NCBI GenBank assembly: GCA_036845725.1
Contig: DAIUDK010000009.1
Coordinates: 394 to 64,393, forward strand
Direction: 5' to 3'
DNA from: Chloroflexota bacterium
GTDB lineage: Bacteria > Chloroflexota > Anaerolineae > B4-G1 > SLSP01
DNA: 64,000 bases
The first letter of the stretch is position 1, and each line of letters starts with the position of its first letter. Positions 18,233-27,862 of the stretch are shown here, piece after piece. The translations under genes were made by a program, and so were the position numbers. The notes beneath the pieces are model-generated. The model was not told the DNA's origin and did no database searches. It was given only the letters and a program-made list of their open reading frames with translations.

Positions 18233-18703
18233 ATGAGCAATCGCCCGGTATACCTCACGCCGGAAGGTCAGACAGCATTAGAAGAGGAATTGAATTACTT
18301 GAAAACAGTTCGCCGCCAGGAGGTGGCGAATCGTTTGCATGAGGCGTTAGGCGAGGGAGAACTTATCGAAAATGCCGAACTGGAGGACGCGCGCCGCGAA
18401 CAGTCGTTTGTGGAAGGGCGCATCCTCACTTTGGAAGAGCAACTGCGCAATGCGATCATTATCGAAACCAGCAAATCCGACGGCATCGTCGGCGTGGGCA
18501 ACCACGTGACCGTCCAGGAGCATGGTGTCGACGAGCCCGAAGAATACCACGTCGTCGGATCCGCCGAAGCCGATCCCGCGCGCGGCAAAATCTCCAATGA
18601 ATCGCCGCTCGGTCAGGCCCTGTTGGGCAAGCGCATCGGCGATAAGGCCGTAGTTCAGGCGCCAGATGGGGACATTGTTTTCGATATCCTCGCCGTACAC
18701 TGA
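18233..18703 (+). CDS. greA: Transcription elongation factor GreA
   Basis: MSNRPVYLTPEGQTALEEELNYLK...; FKBP-like C-terminal domain; GGAGG RBS. Confidence 0.85.
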   Translation: MSNRPVYLTPEGQTALEEELNYLKTVRRQEVANRLHEALGEGELIENAELEDARREQSFVEGRILTLEEQLRNAIIIETSKSDGIVGVGNHVTVQEHGVDEPEEYHVVGSAEADPARGKISNESPLGQALLGKRIGDKAVVQAPDGDIVFDILAVH

Positions 18704-18727
18704 AAAGAAACTCGCGTACACATCGAA

Positions 18728-18760
18728 CAAGCCCATACAGAAGCGTATGGGCTTGTTTGA
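18728..18760 (+). terminator. Intrinsic terminator after greA
   Basis: caagcccatac-agaagc-gtatgggcttg followed by tttgataaaaag. Confidence 0.55.
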
Positions 18761-18819
18761 TAAAAAGTATCATATTCGACTCAGGATTTTACTTTGAGAT
18801 TGTTGTGAAGGAGGCAGCC

Positions 18820-20346
18820 GTGGAATTCAATGAACTGGAACGCCAACGTATCGAAAAACTCGAAAAACTGCAAGAGGCCGGGGTCGAACCCTACCCCCCG
18901 CGCGCCCATCGCACCCATACGATCCAGGCCGCACTTGCAGCCTACGCCGCTGCCGAGCGCGAAGACGGCACACCACCGGCAGAAGGTGAGCAGCCTGCCG
19001 TCACCGTAGCCGGACGAATCGTCAGCATCCGCGTGATGGGCAAGGTGGCTTTCGCGCACATCGAAGACGAGAGTGCAAAACTGCAACTCTTTATGCGACA
19101 GGACGCACTGGGCGATGAACCCTACACGCTGTTCAAGAAAGCGTTCGACATCGGCGATTTCGTCGAGGCCGGCGGCCCCGTCGTCCGCACGCGCACGGGA
19201 GAAATCAGCATTCAGGTCAAGGCGCTACGCATGTTGGCGAAGGCCATCACGCCCTTGCCAATCCCGAAAGAATACGAGGATGCCGAAGGCAATCTCACCC
19301 GCTACAGCGCCTTCTCCGACATCGAAGAGCGTTACCGCCAGCGCTACGCCGACCTGGCCGTCAATCCCCAAGTCCGTGAGGACTTCCGCATCCGCTCGCG
19401 GATGATCAGCGCCCTGCGCGCCTGGCTCGACGATCACGGCTATCTCGAAGTCGAGACGCCGATTCTGCAACCGTTGTACGGCGGCGCACACGCGCGGCCG
19501 TTCACTACCTATCACAACCAGCTCAAGCAGGATCTCTACCTACGCATCTCGTTCGAGCTGTACCTCAAACGGCTGCTCGTCGGGATGTACGAACGTGTCT
19601 ACGAGATCGGGCGTGACTTCCGCAACGAGGGCGTGTCGTTCAAGCACAATCCCGAATTCACCCAGCTCGAGTTTTACTGCGCGTACACCGACCTGTTCGG
19701 TATAATGGAAACCGTCGAACAACTGATCGCCTACACCGTCGAGCGCGTTTTGGGGACGACCACAATTACATACCAGAGTCACGGAATTTCCTTCGCGCCG
19801 CCCTGGCGGCGGGTGACGCTGCGCGACTTGATTCTTAGTCACACGGGCATCGACTACGTGGCGTTCCCCGACGCGGACGCGCTGCGCGCGGAGATGCGCC
19901 GCCGTGGTTACGATGCAGCCAGCAACGCCACATGGGGCCATCTGGTGGACAATCTGCTCTCGGAAGCAGAACCAGAGCTTATTCAGCCCACGTTCGTCCA
20001 CGACTACCCGGTCGAAATCTCGCCGTTGGCCAAACAAAAACCCGACGATCCCACCCACGTGGAGCGCTTCGAACTCTTCATCGGCGGGATGGAATGCGGC
20101 AATGCCTTCACCGAGTTGAACGACCCCTTTGAGCAGGAACGGCGGTTCTATCAACAGGGACGAGACTACGAAGCAGGGGATGAGGAAGCGCAACGCATGG
20201 ACGAGGACTACCTGCGCGCGATGAAGTACGGCATGCCGCCCAACGGCGGGTTCGGCCTGGGAGTCGACCGTCTCGCGATGCTGCTGACCGATCACCGCGC
20301 GATCCGCGACGTGCTGCTCTATCCGCATCTGCGACAGCGCGACTAA
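18820..20346 (+). CDS. lysS: Lysine--tRNA ligase (class II)
   Basis: GTG start after GAAGGAGG. N-terminal OB-fold VAGRIVSIRVMGKVAFAHI; class II motifs FRNEG and GGMECGNAFTELNDP...GLGVDRL. Confidence 0.9.
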   Translation: MEFNELERQRIEKLEKLQEAGVEPYPPRAHRTHTIQAALAAYAAAEREDGTPPAEGEQPAVTVAGRIVSIRVMGKVAFAHIEDESAKLQLFMRQDALGDEPYTLFKKAFDIGDFVEAGGPVVRTRTGEISIQVKALRMLAKAITPLPIPKEYEDAEGNLTRYSAFSDIEERYRQRYADLAVNPQVREDFRIRSRMISALRAWLDDHGYLEVETPILQPLYGGAHARPFTTYHNQLKQDLYLRISFELYLKRLLVGMYERVYEIGRDFRNEGVSFKHNPEFTQLEFYCAYTDLFGIMETVEQLIAYTVERVLGTTTITYQSHGISFAPPWRRVTLRDLILSHTGIDYVAFPDADALRAEMRRRGYDAASNATWGHLVDNLLSEAEPELIQPTFVHDYPVEISPLAKQKPDDPTHVERFELFIGGMECGNAFTELNDPFEQERRFYQQGRDYEAGDEEAQRMDEDYLRAMKYGMPPNGGFGLGVDRLAMLLTDHRAIRDVLLYPHLRQRD

Positions 20347-20360
20347 TCTGATCCGCACAA

Positions 20361-20392
20361 AAAAGCCGGAGGTAATCACCTCCGGCTTTTCC
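20361..20392. terminator. Bidirectional intrinsic terminator between convergent lysS and the HD gene
   Basis: aaaagccggaggt-aatc-acctccggctttt. Confidence 0.6.
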
Positions 20393-20395
20393 TGT

Positions 20396-21061
20396 CTACA
20401 GTAAGCCTTGCACCTCGGCATCCAACCGCTGGTAGAACGCCTCCATGTAGCGATGACGTTCTTGGGCGATAGCCCGGCCCTCGGCGGTATACAGTCGCTC
20501 CTGGATGCGCGAAAGCTTCACCACGAACTCGTGGACCGGCGTGTGGGCGGCATTGTCACCGTTGGCCTCCCAATGCGCCAGGTCCACGGTATCCATCGGT
20601 GCCCACAGCCGCTGTTGGTGCGCGCCGCCATACGCAAAGGCCCGCGCAATGCCGATCGCGCCGATCGCATCCAACTTATCCGCGTCGAACAGCACCCGTG
20701 CCTCCAGGGTCTCCGGCTCCGGCGCAGCGCGAAAGCGATGCGCAGCAATTGCGTGAACTACGGCCTCGATCCACGCCGGGGGATGCCCCCGCGCTGTCAG
20801 ATAGGCACGCGCGCGCCCGGCAGCAACCGTCGCGTGATCTTGCCCGTCGTTATCCGCCTCGCCTCGCCCCCAGTCGTGCAACAGCGCCGCCGTGCGCACC
20901 ACCGCCAAATCGGCGACCTCCGCCCGCGCAATGCGCTCCACCAGTGCCAACACCCGCAAGATGTGATCGAAATCGTGTACACTGTCGGCGTCCGAATACA
21001 AACATCGCGCCTCATCAATCGTCAAAAGCTCGTCCATCATCAAATTCTCTTCCTCCAACAA
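20396..21061 (-). CDS. HD-domain phosphohydrolase
   Basis: H...HD motif VHDFDHILRV and LLHDWGR...FDADKLD. Confidence 0.65.
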   Translation of the reverse strand: MLEEENLMMDELLTIDEARCLYSDADSVHDFDHILRVLALVERIARAEVADLAVVRTAALLHDWGRGEADNDGQDHATVAAGRARAYLTARGHPPAWIEAVVHAIAAHRFRAAPEPETLEARVLFDADKLDAIGAIGIARAFAYGGAHQQRLWAPMDTVDLAHWEANGDNAAHTPVHEFVVKLSRIQERLYTAEGRAIAQERHRYMEAFYQRLDAEVQGLL

Positions 21062-21107
21062 AAAACGAGCCCTACGGCTCGTTTTGTAAACCTGATCCGG
21101 GACACTG

Positions 21108-22226
21108 TTACGGCAAATAAATCAGCGGGTTGGTCGGATAACCGTTGTAACGGATCTCATAATGCAGGTGTGGCCCGGTCGAATTTCCCGTGCTCCCCAT
21201 CGCGCCGATGACCTCGCCCGCGTATACCGTTTCGCCTTCGGTGACGAAAATATGACTCAGGTGTGCGTAATAGGTTTGGAAACCATTAGCATGATCCAGC
21301 ACGACCAGATAGCCGTACCCGATATCGGTCCAACCGGCAAAACTCACATAGCCGCCATCCGAGGCCACAATCGCCGACCCTATTGGCCCGCCAATGTCGA
21401 TTGCGCGATGGCCGTACCAGTACCCCTGCGTCAAGACGCCGGAGGCCGGCCAGTAGAAAATGCCCGCGCCGGTCACATCTTCTTCCACCGGACCCTGATA
21501 CGTTGTCACCTCGCGCGCCACATACGGCTTGGTTCCGCCAGGGACAATCACTTTATCGCCCACGTCCAACTGCCCACCTACAGGCAACGTATTGAAAGCA
21601 CAGGTGGCAATGGCTTCAACGGCGACTTTGTACTTCTCAGCCAGGGACTCCAGCGTATCGCTGACTTCGACCGTATGATAGACACCATCGATAGGCAGAA
21701 TCGTCAAGATTTGCCCTACCTGCAACAGGTCGGGCATCTTCTCCATCTCTGGATTCGACCACATCAATGTCGTCGGTTGCAGGCCAAACGATTCCGCGAT
21801 TAACTCGGCGGTATCACCCGGCCGCACCGCGTAGGTGATGATCTCTAGCCGTGGGCGCTCGGGAATAGCCGTATGCGCCTCAGCCTGACGCATAATACCC
21901 GTGTTTCCCCCGCTGCGGTAGTACGAACGCGGTGTCGATGTGGTGAGTACGTCAGCGTTGGTGCCCGTATTCCGTGAAGCCAGATCACTCGCGGCCTGGG
22001 AAGCAGAGACGACAAAGTCAAATTTCATACTCCCCAGAACGACAAACAGCACCAGGATCAACGCAAGCGCGATGTGTGAGGCCATCCGCCCCAGCACAGG
22101 ACGTTGCGCTTCGCGATCATCGTGCCAGCGCCATACCCACACAGCAAAGCGTGTGCAAAGGCGAATCATGGGCGGAATATGCCAGGCAAGGCTATCCCTC
22201 TGGGGAAGTTCAGCAGGTATGCTCAT
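21108..22226 (-). CDS. LysM-domain M23 family metallopeptidase (membrane anchored)
   Basis: TM MASHIALALILVLFVVLG; LysM YHTVEVSDTLESLAEKY; M23 motifs HRAIDIGG and GSTGNSTGPHLHYEIR. Start uncertain (22226 or 22316). Confidence 0.75.
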   Translation of the reverse strand: MSIPAELPQRDSLAWHIPPMIRLCTRFAVWVWRWHDDREAQRPVLGRMASHIALALILVLFVVLGSMKFDFVVSASQAASDLASRNTGTNADVLTTSTPRSYYRSGGNTGIMRQAEAHTAIPERPRLEIITYAVRPGDTAELIAESFGLQPTTLMWSNPEMEKMPDLLQVGQILTILPIDGVYHTVEVSDTLESLAEKYKVAVEAIATCAFNTLPVGGQLDVGDKVIVPGGTKPYVAREVTTYQGPVEEDVTGAGIFYWPASGVLTQGYWYGHRAIDIGGPIGSAIVASDGGYVSFAGWTDIGYGYLVVLDHANGFQTYYAHLSHIFVTEGETVYAGEVIGAMGSTGNSTGPHLHYEIRYNGYPTNPLIYLP

Positions 22227-23443
22227 GGCTCGAAAAGTTGAGGGTTCTGAGGAACACCATTGAGGCGGATCTCGTAGTGCAAATGCGGACCAGTCGACCA
22301 GCCGGTGGATCCACAATAGCCGAGGACCTGGCCCTGATACACCGCCTGGCCACAGCCAACCTCAAAGGCGCTAAAGTGCGCGTAGTACGTCTCATAGCCA
22401 TTGCCATGCCGCACCCGCACCAAATTACCATAACCGCCGCCCCATCCGGCGAACACCACCACGCCATTATCAGAAGCGTAAATTGGGTCACCCAAGCGGC
22501 ACCTGTAATCCAGCCCAATATGTCCTGGATTACGAGGATCACCAAAATACCATCCAGAGACGGCATATGAACCTGTTGGCAAGACGAACCAACCCGTAGC
22601 ACCTGGACCACTGACGGCCACATCGCCACACGCGCCCCAACTGGCAGACGCGGCGTATACACCTGGCGCAACCGGATCGGGAGGTGGGGCTTCCCATTCC
22701 ACATCCTCGCCCACCCCACCGGGGATCACCAACTGTTGACCCTCACGAAGAGCAACGCCTGGCTGTAGTTTATTCCACACATTGTCGAGGGCGGATGCCT
22801 GCACCTCATACAACTCAGCAATACTGTCAAGGGTTTCGTCTGCCATCACCGTGTGATAAGCGCCATCGACAGGGGGAATGAAGAGCGTGAGGCCCGGCTG
22901 AATCATCCAAGGGGAGCCCTGCAGGGTCTCCATATTGGCCCAGGCGATTGAATAGGGTGATAGTTTGAAACGTTCCGCAATGAAGAAGATATTGTCGCCA
23001 GATTGAACGGTATAGGTGATGACTTCCAAACGCACCCGTTCGGGGATATCGGTGCGGGGTTGTGCCATTCTAAAGACCGCGCGTGACACTTGATTGGTGT
23101 CTTGCCAGATCGGCAGTGTCCCTGTCAGCGAGGCCGTCGGCGTCGCCTCAGGTTCCGCCGCAACCGGCACAGACATAACACCCGCCTCAGGCGTCACTGC
23201 CACACTGACCGGTACTATCGCAAGACGGCCAGCCAGTCCAATCAGCAATGCCAATACCAAAATTGACATATGCGCGCTATAACGGCCAACAAAAGCAGCG
23301 ACAGCCCGACGGTCATTCCCCCACCGCCAAACTATCGCTGTAGAACTGGCTATAACTCGCCCCACAAAACCAGAGATGCTCCTTTGTGGGCGCGAACTAT
23401 CTATTCCTTGTAAACTACCTTCTTGTGTATTTTCCATAAGCAC
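22223..23443 (-). CDS. LysM-domain M23 family metallopeptidase, paralogue of the adjacent gene
   Basis: LysM YHTVMADETLDSIAELY; M23 motifs HIGLDYRC and GSTGWSTGPHLHYEIR. Start uncertain (alternative ~23269). Confidence 0.75.
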   Translation of the reverse strand: MLMENTQEGSLQGIDSSRPQRSISGFVGRVIASSTAIVWRWGNDRRAVAAFVGRYSAHMSILVLALLIGLAGRLAIVPVSVAVTPEAGVMSVPVAAEPEATPTASLTGTLPIWQDTNQVSRAVFRMAQPRTDIPERVRLEVITYTVQSGDNIFFIAERFKLSPYSIAWANMETLQGSPWMIQPGLTLFIPPVDGAYHTVMADETLDSIAELYEVQASALDNVWNKLQPGVALREGQQLVIPGGVGEDVEWEAPPPDPVAPGVYAASASWGACGDVAVSGPGATGWFVLPTGSYAVSGWYFGDPRNPGHIGLDYRCRLGDPIYASDNGVVVFAGWGGGYGNLVRVRHGNGYETYYAHFSAFEVGCGQAVYQGQVLGYCGSTGWSTGPHLHYEIRLNGVPQNPQLFEP

Positions 23444-23566
23444 AAGCCTTGTGACGATCTTAAACCGCCAACAAGGCTATTATAGCACAAGAAAATATAA
23501 ATGGCAACCTCTCCAATCTGACGATTCCCTTACACACTCAACTCCGCAGAGCCGCCAATCTTGTTC

Positions 23567-23594
23567 TTGACAATGCTTTCAGCCGTGCGATAAT
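23567..23594 (+). promoter_or_regulatory. trxA promoter TTGACA-16-GATAAT
   Basis: ttgacaatgctttcagccgtgcgataat. Confidence 0.45.
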
Positions 23595-23703
23595 CGCAAG
23601 CGAATTAAGGAAAATACCCGCACTGCCGCGGGCAATCACACGACACTCCACCGAAATTCTAGCTTGCAAATCTGACGCGAAATACCAAACGGAGGTAAAC
23701 GGG

Positions 23704-24027
23704 ATGGGAAGTGTAACACACATAGATGAACAAAGCTTCGATGCCGAAGTCACACAAGCAACACTGCCAGTTTTGGTAGATTTCTGGGCAGAGTGGTGTC
23801 CCCCCTGCCGGAAGTTGGGGCCAACGTTGGAGGAAGTCGCCGTTGACCTCGACGGGCAGCTTAAAATTGTCAAAGTCAACGTGCAGGAGGAATCTGGGCT
23901 GGCAACCCAGCACGGTGTTATGAATATTCCGACGATGATCGTCTTTAAGGGCGGTCAAGAGGTTGCGCGGCTGGTCGGCAATCGGACCAAAGGCGCTCTT
24001 ATCCAAGAACTGCAACCTTATCTCTAG
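23704..24027 (+). CDS. trxA: Thioredoxin
   Basis: WAEWCPPCR active site; 107 aa. Confidence 0.9.
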   Translation: MGSVTHIDEQSFDAEVTQATLPVLVDFWAEWCPPCRKLGPTLEEVAVDLDGQLKIVKVNVQEESGLATQHGVMNIPTMIVFKGGQEVARLVGNRTKGALIQELQPYL

Positions 24028-24060
24028 CAAACTGTCCTGTTTTTGCAGCTCGTGAACAAA

Positions 24061-24086
24061 AAACTCCCGGTTTAGGCCGGGAGTTT
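24061..24086. terminator. Hairpin between convergent trxA and mazG (aactcccgg...ccgggagtt)
   Basis: 9-bp stem; weak U-tract. Confidence 0.4.
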
Positions 24087-24168
24087 GCTGTGTGAATTAT
24101 CCTTCACCACGAAGACGCCAAGACGCTAAGAGAGATCACTGAACCTTTGTGACCTCATGTTCTTGTGG

Positions 24169-25626
24169 TTATTCTGCACCCTCACACCAGAGCCGAAGCC
24201 GCTCCGCTGCATCCAACGAAGCCAATGTCACACCCTGTTCGCGGGCAGCCTTCTCCACGTGACGCATCCGCCGGGCAAATCGCAGATTGGCCTCCCGCAG
24301 TGCCGCCTCTGGATCAAGCTCCAAACGGCTGGCGCATTGAGCGATAGTGAACAGCGCCTCGCCGAGCGCCACACCTTGATCCTCGGCCGTATGCGCGCGG
24401 AGGAACCCTTCCACTGCCTGCTGGATAGGCGCAACGTCGGCGGCGATTTCAACCATATCCAAACCCACGCGCGCCGCACGGCTGCTGTAAGCACGGGCCT
24501 GCGCCAACGCCGGCAACGTTTTAGGAACACCGTCCAGCAGAAAACGAGGTATATCGGCGCTGGTAGCATTCGCCCTATGCTCGCGCTCCTCGCGCTTGAT
24601 TGTCTCCCAATTGACAGTCACGTCGTGTGCGCCGGCAACTTGCACCGTACCCCACACGTGGGGATGACGGCGTTTGAGCTTCGAGTCGATGCCGGCAATC
24701 ACATCCGCCATCTGGAATACACCTTCTTCTCCGGCGATTTGCGCGTGTAGCACTATCTGCAACAGCAAGTCGCCCAATTCCTCGCAAAGCGCGTCGTCAT
24801 CTTCCCTGTCGAGCGCTTCCAAGACCTCGTAGGCCTCTTCCAACAAATTTTCCCGCAGGCTCGCGTGCGTCTGTTCGCGGTCCCAGGGACAGCCTTCCGG
24901 GCTACGCAGATGGGCCACCGTCTCCAGCAAGTGCTCGAAGCCGCCGATATGGGGCAACGACGCGACATAGAGCGAGGTCAACGGAGTATGATCGCGGTGA
25001 TCAATCTCATAGAGCGGCCCCCAGACCACCGTCTCCGCTGCTGTCCCCGCCGCATCGACTAAAGCGGTCTGGTGCTCGTCGGGATACAGATTCATCAACA
25101 CGAGCTTCAAATCAGAGGCTACGGCACGGCTGTAGACCTGCGCGATCAATACCGGCTTGTCGGGGTTCAAAATGGGATAATACGATCCGACTACGTCGAG
25201 CGCATCCACAATTTGCACGCCGTCGAGCGCATCCAGGGCCAGGGCCGTTAACGTGGGTTCGATAAAGCTCAGGCCGGGGAGAACACGCGTGGGAATCGCG
25301 GCTTCGCGCGCGGCCTTGAGGATCTGTGTGACCGTCGACTCTCCAACAAGCGGGTGGCCGGGCACAGCATAGACGACGCCCTCTGGCCGCGTACCCAACG
25401 CCAGCACGCGCTGCGCGATGGTCGCGTAGACTTCCTCGAACGTTCCTGCTTCTTCGTAAAGATTGTCGAACGAGTGGATAGCAGGGCCTGCCGGGAGATG
25501 CGAAACGACCGGATGGCGCGCCGTGCGCAACCACACCTCGGCGGCCTGAGATAATGTGGCAATCGCCTCCTGGGTCAGTTGATCGAACGCGCCAGGACCT
25601 AAACCAACAATTGTGATATGGGGCAT
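24169..25626 (-). CDS. mazG: YabN-type bifunctional protein: tetrapyrrole-methylase-like N-domain plus MazG NTP pyrophosphohydrolase
   Basis: N-terminal MPHITIVGLGPG (TP_methylase fold); C-terminal MazG EEAYEVLEAL...ELGDLLLQIV and a second MazG repeat. Confidence 0.8.
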   Translation of the reverse strand: MPHITIVGLGPGAFDQLTQEAIATLSQAAEVWLRTARHPVVSHLPAGPAIHSFDNLYEEAGTFEEVYATIAQRVLALGTRPEGVVYAVPGHPLVGESTVTQILKAAREAAIPTRVLPGLSFIEPTLTALALDALDGVQIVDALDVVGSYYPILNPDKPVLIAQVYSRAVASDLKLVLMNLYPDEHQTALVDAAGTAAETVVWGPLYEIDHRDHTPLTSLYVASLPHIGGFEHLLETVAHLRSPEGCPWDREQTHASLRENLLEEAYEVLEALDREDDDALCEELGDLLLQIVLHAQIAGEEGVFQMADVIAGIDSKLKRRHPHVWGTVQVAGAHDVTVNWETIKREEREHRANATSADIPRFLLDGVPKTLPALAQARAYSSRAARVGLDMVEIAADVAPIQQAVEGFLRAHTAEDQGVALGEALFTIAQCASRLELDPEAALREANLRFARRMRHVEKAAREQGVTLASLDAAERLRLWCEGAE

Positions 25627-25648
25627 ATTTCCTCGTTAACTTGCCACT

Positions 25649-25690
25649 TAGCTCATCAATACAACAAACAGGTAGGCAATCCTGTGATTG
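25649..25690 (-). terminator. Intrinsic terminator ending the ribosomal supercluster after rpsI
   Basis: 13-bp perfect stem caggtaggcaatc/gattgcctacctg; on the minus strand it is followed by GUUUGUUGUAUU. Confidence 0.55.
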
Positions 25691-25732
25691 CCTACCTGCC
25701 ACATTTGAACCACACCAGAAAAGTACGCGCGA

Positions 25733-26119
25733 CTAACGCTTCGTGTATTGTGGAGCCTTGCGCGCCCGCTTGAGACCTGGCTTTTTGCGCTCTTTCTCGC
25801 GCGCGTCGCGGGTCAGAATGCCGGCCTTACGCAACATACTGCGGAATTCAGGGTCGAACTTGAGGAGCGCGCGTGAAATGCCCATGCGCACCGCCTCGGA
25901 CTGCCCGGTGATGCCGCCACCCTCCACCAAAACCGTAACATCGAATTGGGCCTCAGTTTGGGTAAGTTTCAGGGGCATGACCAAGTTATTCCAATCCACA
26001 TCACGACCGAAATATTCCTGGTAGGGCTGCCCATTCACCACCAACTGCCCGCTACCATCTGAGTGTAGGCGCACGCGCGCCGTCGCCGTCTTTCTACGTC
26101 CTATTCCTTCGTAATACAT
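25733..26119 (-). CDS. rpsI: 30S ribosomal protein S9
   Basis: MYYEGIGRRKTATARVRL...KRARKAPQYTKR. Confidence 0.9.
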   Translation of the reverse strand: MYYEGIGRRKTATARVRLHSDGSGQLVVNGQPYQEYFGRDVDWNNLVMPLKLTQTEAQFDVTVLVEGGGITGQSEAVRMGISRALLKFDPEFRSMLRKAGILTRDAREKERKKPGLKRARKAPQYTKR

Positions 26120-26132
26120 AAATCAACACTCC

Positions 26133-26594
26133 TTATGATGCCAAATCATCGATCGACATTGGCTTAGGCAACTGGGCCTGATGTGGATGTTCGGGACCAG
26201 CGTAGACCTTCAGCTTTTTGAACTGACGACGGCCCAACGGGCCACGCGGCAGCATCCCCTTGACCGCGTGTTCAATGACGCGTTCAGGATGCTTCTGCAG
26301 TTGTTTGCGCAAGCTGATCGACTTGATACCGCCGGGATAGCTGGTGTGATGATAATACATCTTCTGGTCCACTTTCCGGCCCGTCACCCGAACCCTTTCC
26401 GCATTGATCACGACGACAAAATCGCCCACATCCTCATACGGCGTGTATTCCGGCTTATGCTTTCCGCGCAGCACACTCGCGACCTGCGTAGCCAACCGCC
26501 CCAGGGTCAAGTCGGTTGCGTCGACAACGTACCATTCGCGTTCGATGTCAGCCGGCTTGGCGACAAAGGTTTTATGAATTCTTGCTTGTTTCAC
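26133..26594 (-). CDS. rplM: 50S ribosomal protein L13
   Basis: [26 protein letters not shown]... Confidence 0.9.
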   Translation of the reverse strand: MKQARIHKTFVAKPADIEREWYVVDATDLTLGRLATQVASVLRGKHKPEYTPYEDVGDFVVVINAERVRVTGRKVDQKMYYHHTSYPGGIKSISLRKQLQKHPERVIEHAVKGMLPRGPLGRRQFKKLKVYAGPEHPHQAQLPKPMSIDDLAS

Positions 26595-26642
26595 TTTTTC
26601 TCACCTCTAAACAAATAAACCGAAACCTAAGTTTCTTATCTA

Positions 26643-27416
26643 TCAGATCTCCCCCGCATAGAGGACACGTTTGAGACACAGTCCTTGTGGGGCTACAGCC
26701 GGACCAGCCTTGCGCCGCTCGCAGTTTTGCAGGATTTCTGCAAAAACCTCCGGGGAAAAAGCCTCATACCCCACACGGAGCAAAGTTCCGACCACCATCC
26801 GGACCATCCGGTACAGGAAAGCGTTGGCCTCGATGTCGAAATATAACCACACATCCTGCGGAGTCCACGTTGCGCTGTAGACTTCGCGCAGCGTGTTCTC
26901 CCCCACCGGCGGCGAACCGAAGGCGGCGAAGTCGTGTTTCCCCACCAACATTGAGGCTGCAGCCTGCATAGCCTCCAGGTTTAATGTGCGTTCGACGTGT
27001 AAACTATAGCGCACTGCAAAGGGATGCCACACCGCTCCGCGATAGACCGTATACCGGTAAGCGCGCCGCAGCGCATCGTACCGGGGATGAAAGGCCGGCG
27101 CGGCAACCTCCATCTGCAGCACCGCGATCTGTGCGGGCAATACCGCATTCAGCGCCCGTTGCAGATCAGGGAGTGGGTGCCGCCAAACCGTGTCAAAGGC
27201 GATGACCTGATCCTCGGCATGAACCCCAGCATCGGTACGTCCGGCGGCCAAAACGGGACAAGGCGTCTGCGTCAGCTTCTCCAGCGCCCGTTCTAGCTCT
27301 TCCTGGATACTGGGCGCGTTCTTCTGACGCTGAAATCCCCCGTACCCCGTGCCATCGTAAGCCACGACGGCCTTGACGCGCACTTTACACGGCTCGCCTG
27401 AGTTCACACAGGCCAC
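26643..27416 (-). CDS. truA: tRNA pseudouridine(38-40) synthase TruA
   Basis: VRVKAVVAYDGTGYGGFQRQ...GRTDAGVHA catalytic Asp motif. Alternative GTG start at 27383. Confidence 0.8.
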   Translation of the reverse strand: MACVNSGEPCKVRVKAVVAYDGTGYGGFQRQKNAPSIQEELERALEKLTQTPCPVLAAGRTDAGVHAEDQVIAFDTVWRHPLPDLQRALNAVLPAQIAVLQMEVAAPAFHPRYDALRRAYRYTVYRGAVWHPFAVRYSLHVERTLNLEAMQAAASMLVGKHDFAAFGSPPVGENTLREVYSATWTPQDVWLYFDIEANAFLYRMVRMVVGTLLRVGYEAFSPEVFAEILQNCERRKAGPAVAPQGLCLKRVLYAGEI

Positions 27417-27452
27417 CTTCGACGCCGCGCCTAGACGGCGTCACACCCGGCG

Positions 27453-27839
27453 CTAATCTTCGACCAGCTTTAAAAGTACCATCGGGGCGGCGTCGCCCTT
27501 GCGCAAACCCAGGTTGAACATCTGTGTGTAACCACCAGGTCGGTCCTTGAACTGGGGCGCAATTTCATTGAACAATTTCTGCACAACGGCAGGGTCATTG
27601 AGCCGCGCAGCCGCCAGACGGCGCGCGTGTATTTCTTTAGCAGGATTAGTCTGTCCATCGACCAGGCCCCGCTTAGCCAACGTTATCAGCTTCTCAGCCT
27701 GCCCGCGAATCGCCTCCGCCTTCGTGCGTGTCGTGCGAATGGCGTCGTGGCGGAACAACTCCGTCACCAAAGTGCGACGCAGGGCAGTCCGATGGCCCAC
27801 CGAGCGACTTAATTTCTTACCCGCGACACGATGTCGCAT
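27453..27839 (-). CDS. rplQ: 50S ribosomal protein L17
   Basis: MRHRVAGKKLSRSVGHRTALRRTLVTELFRH... Confidence 0.9.
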   Translation of the reverse strand: MRHRVAGKKLSRSVGHRTALRRTLVTELFRHDAIRTTRTKAEAIRGQAEKLITLAKRGLVDGQTNPAKEIHARRLAAARLNDPAVVQKLFNEIAPQFKDRPGGYTQMFNLGLRKGDAAPMVLLKLVED

Positions 27840-27862
27840 ACCTCAACCTCCTGGCTTTGCGT

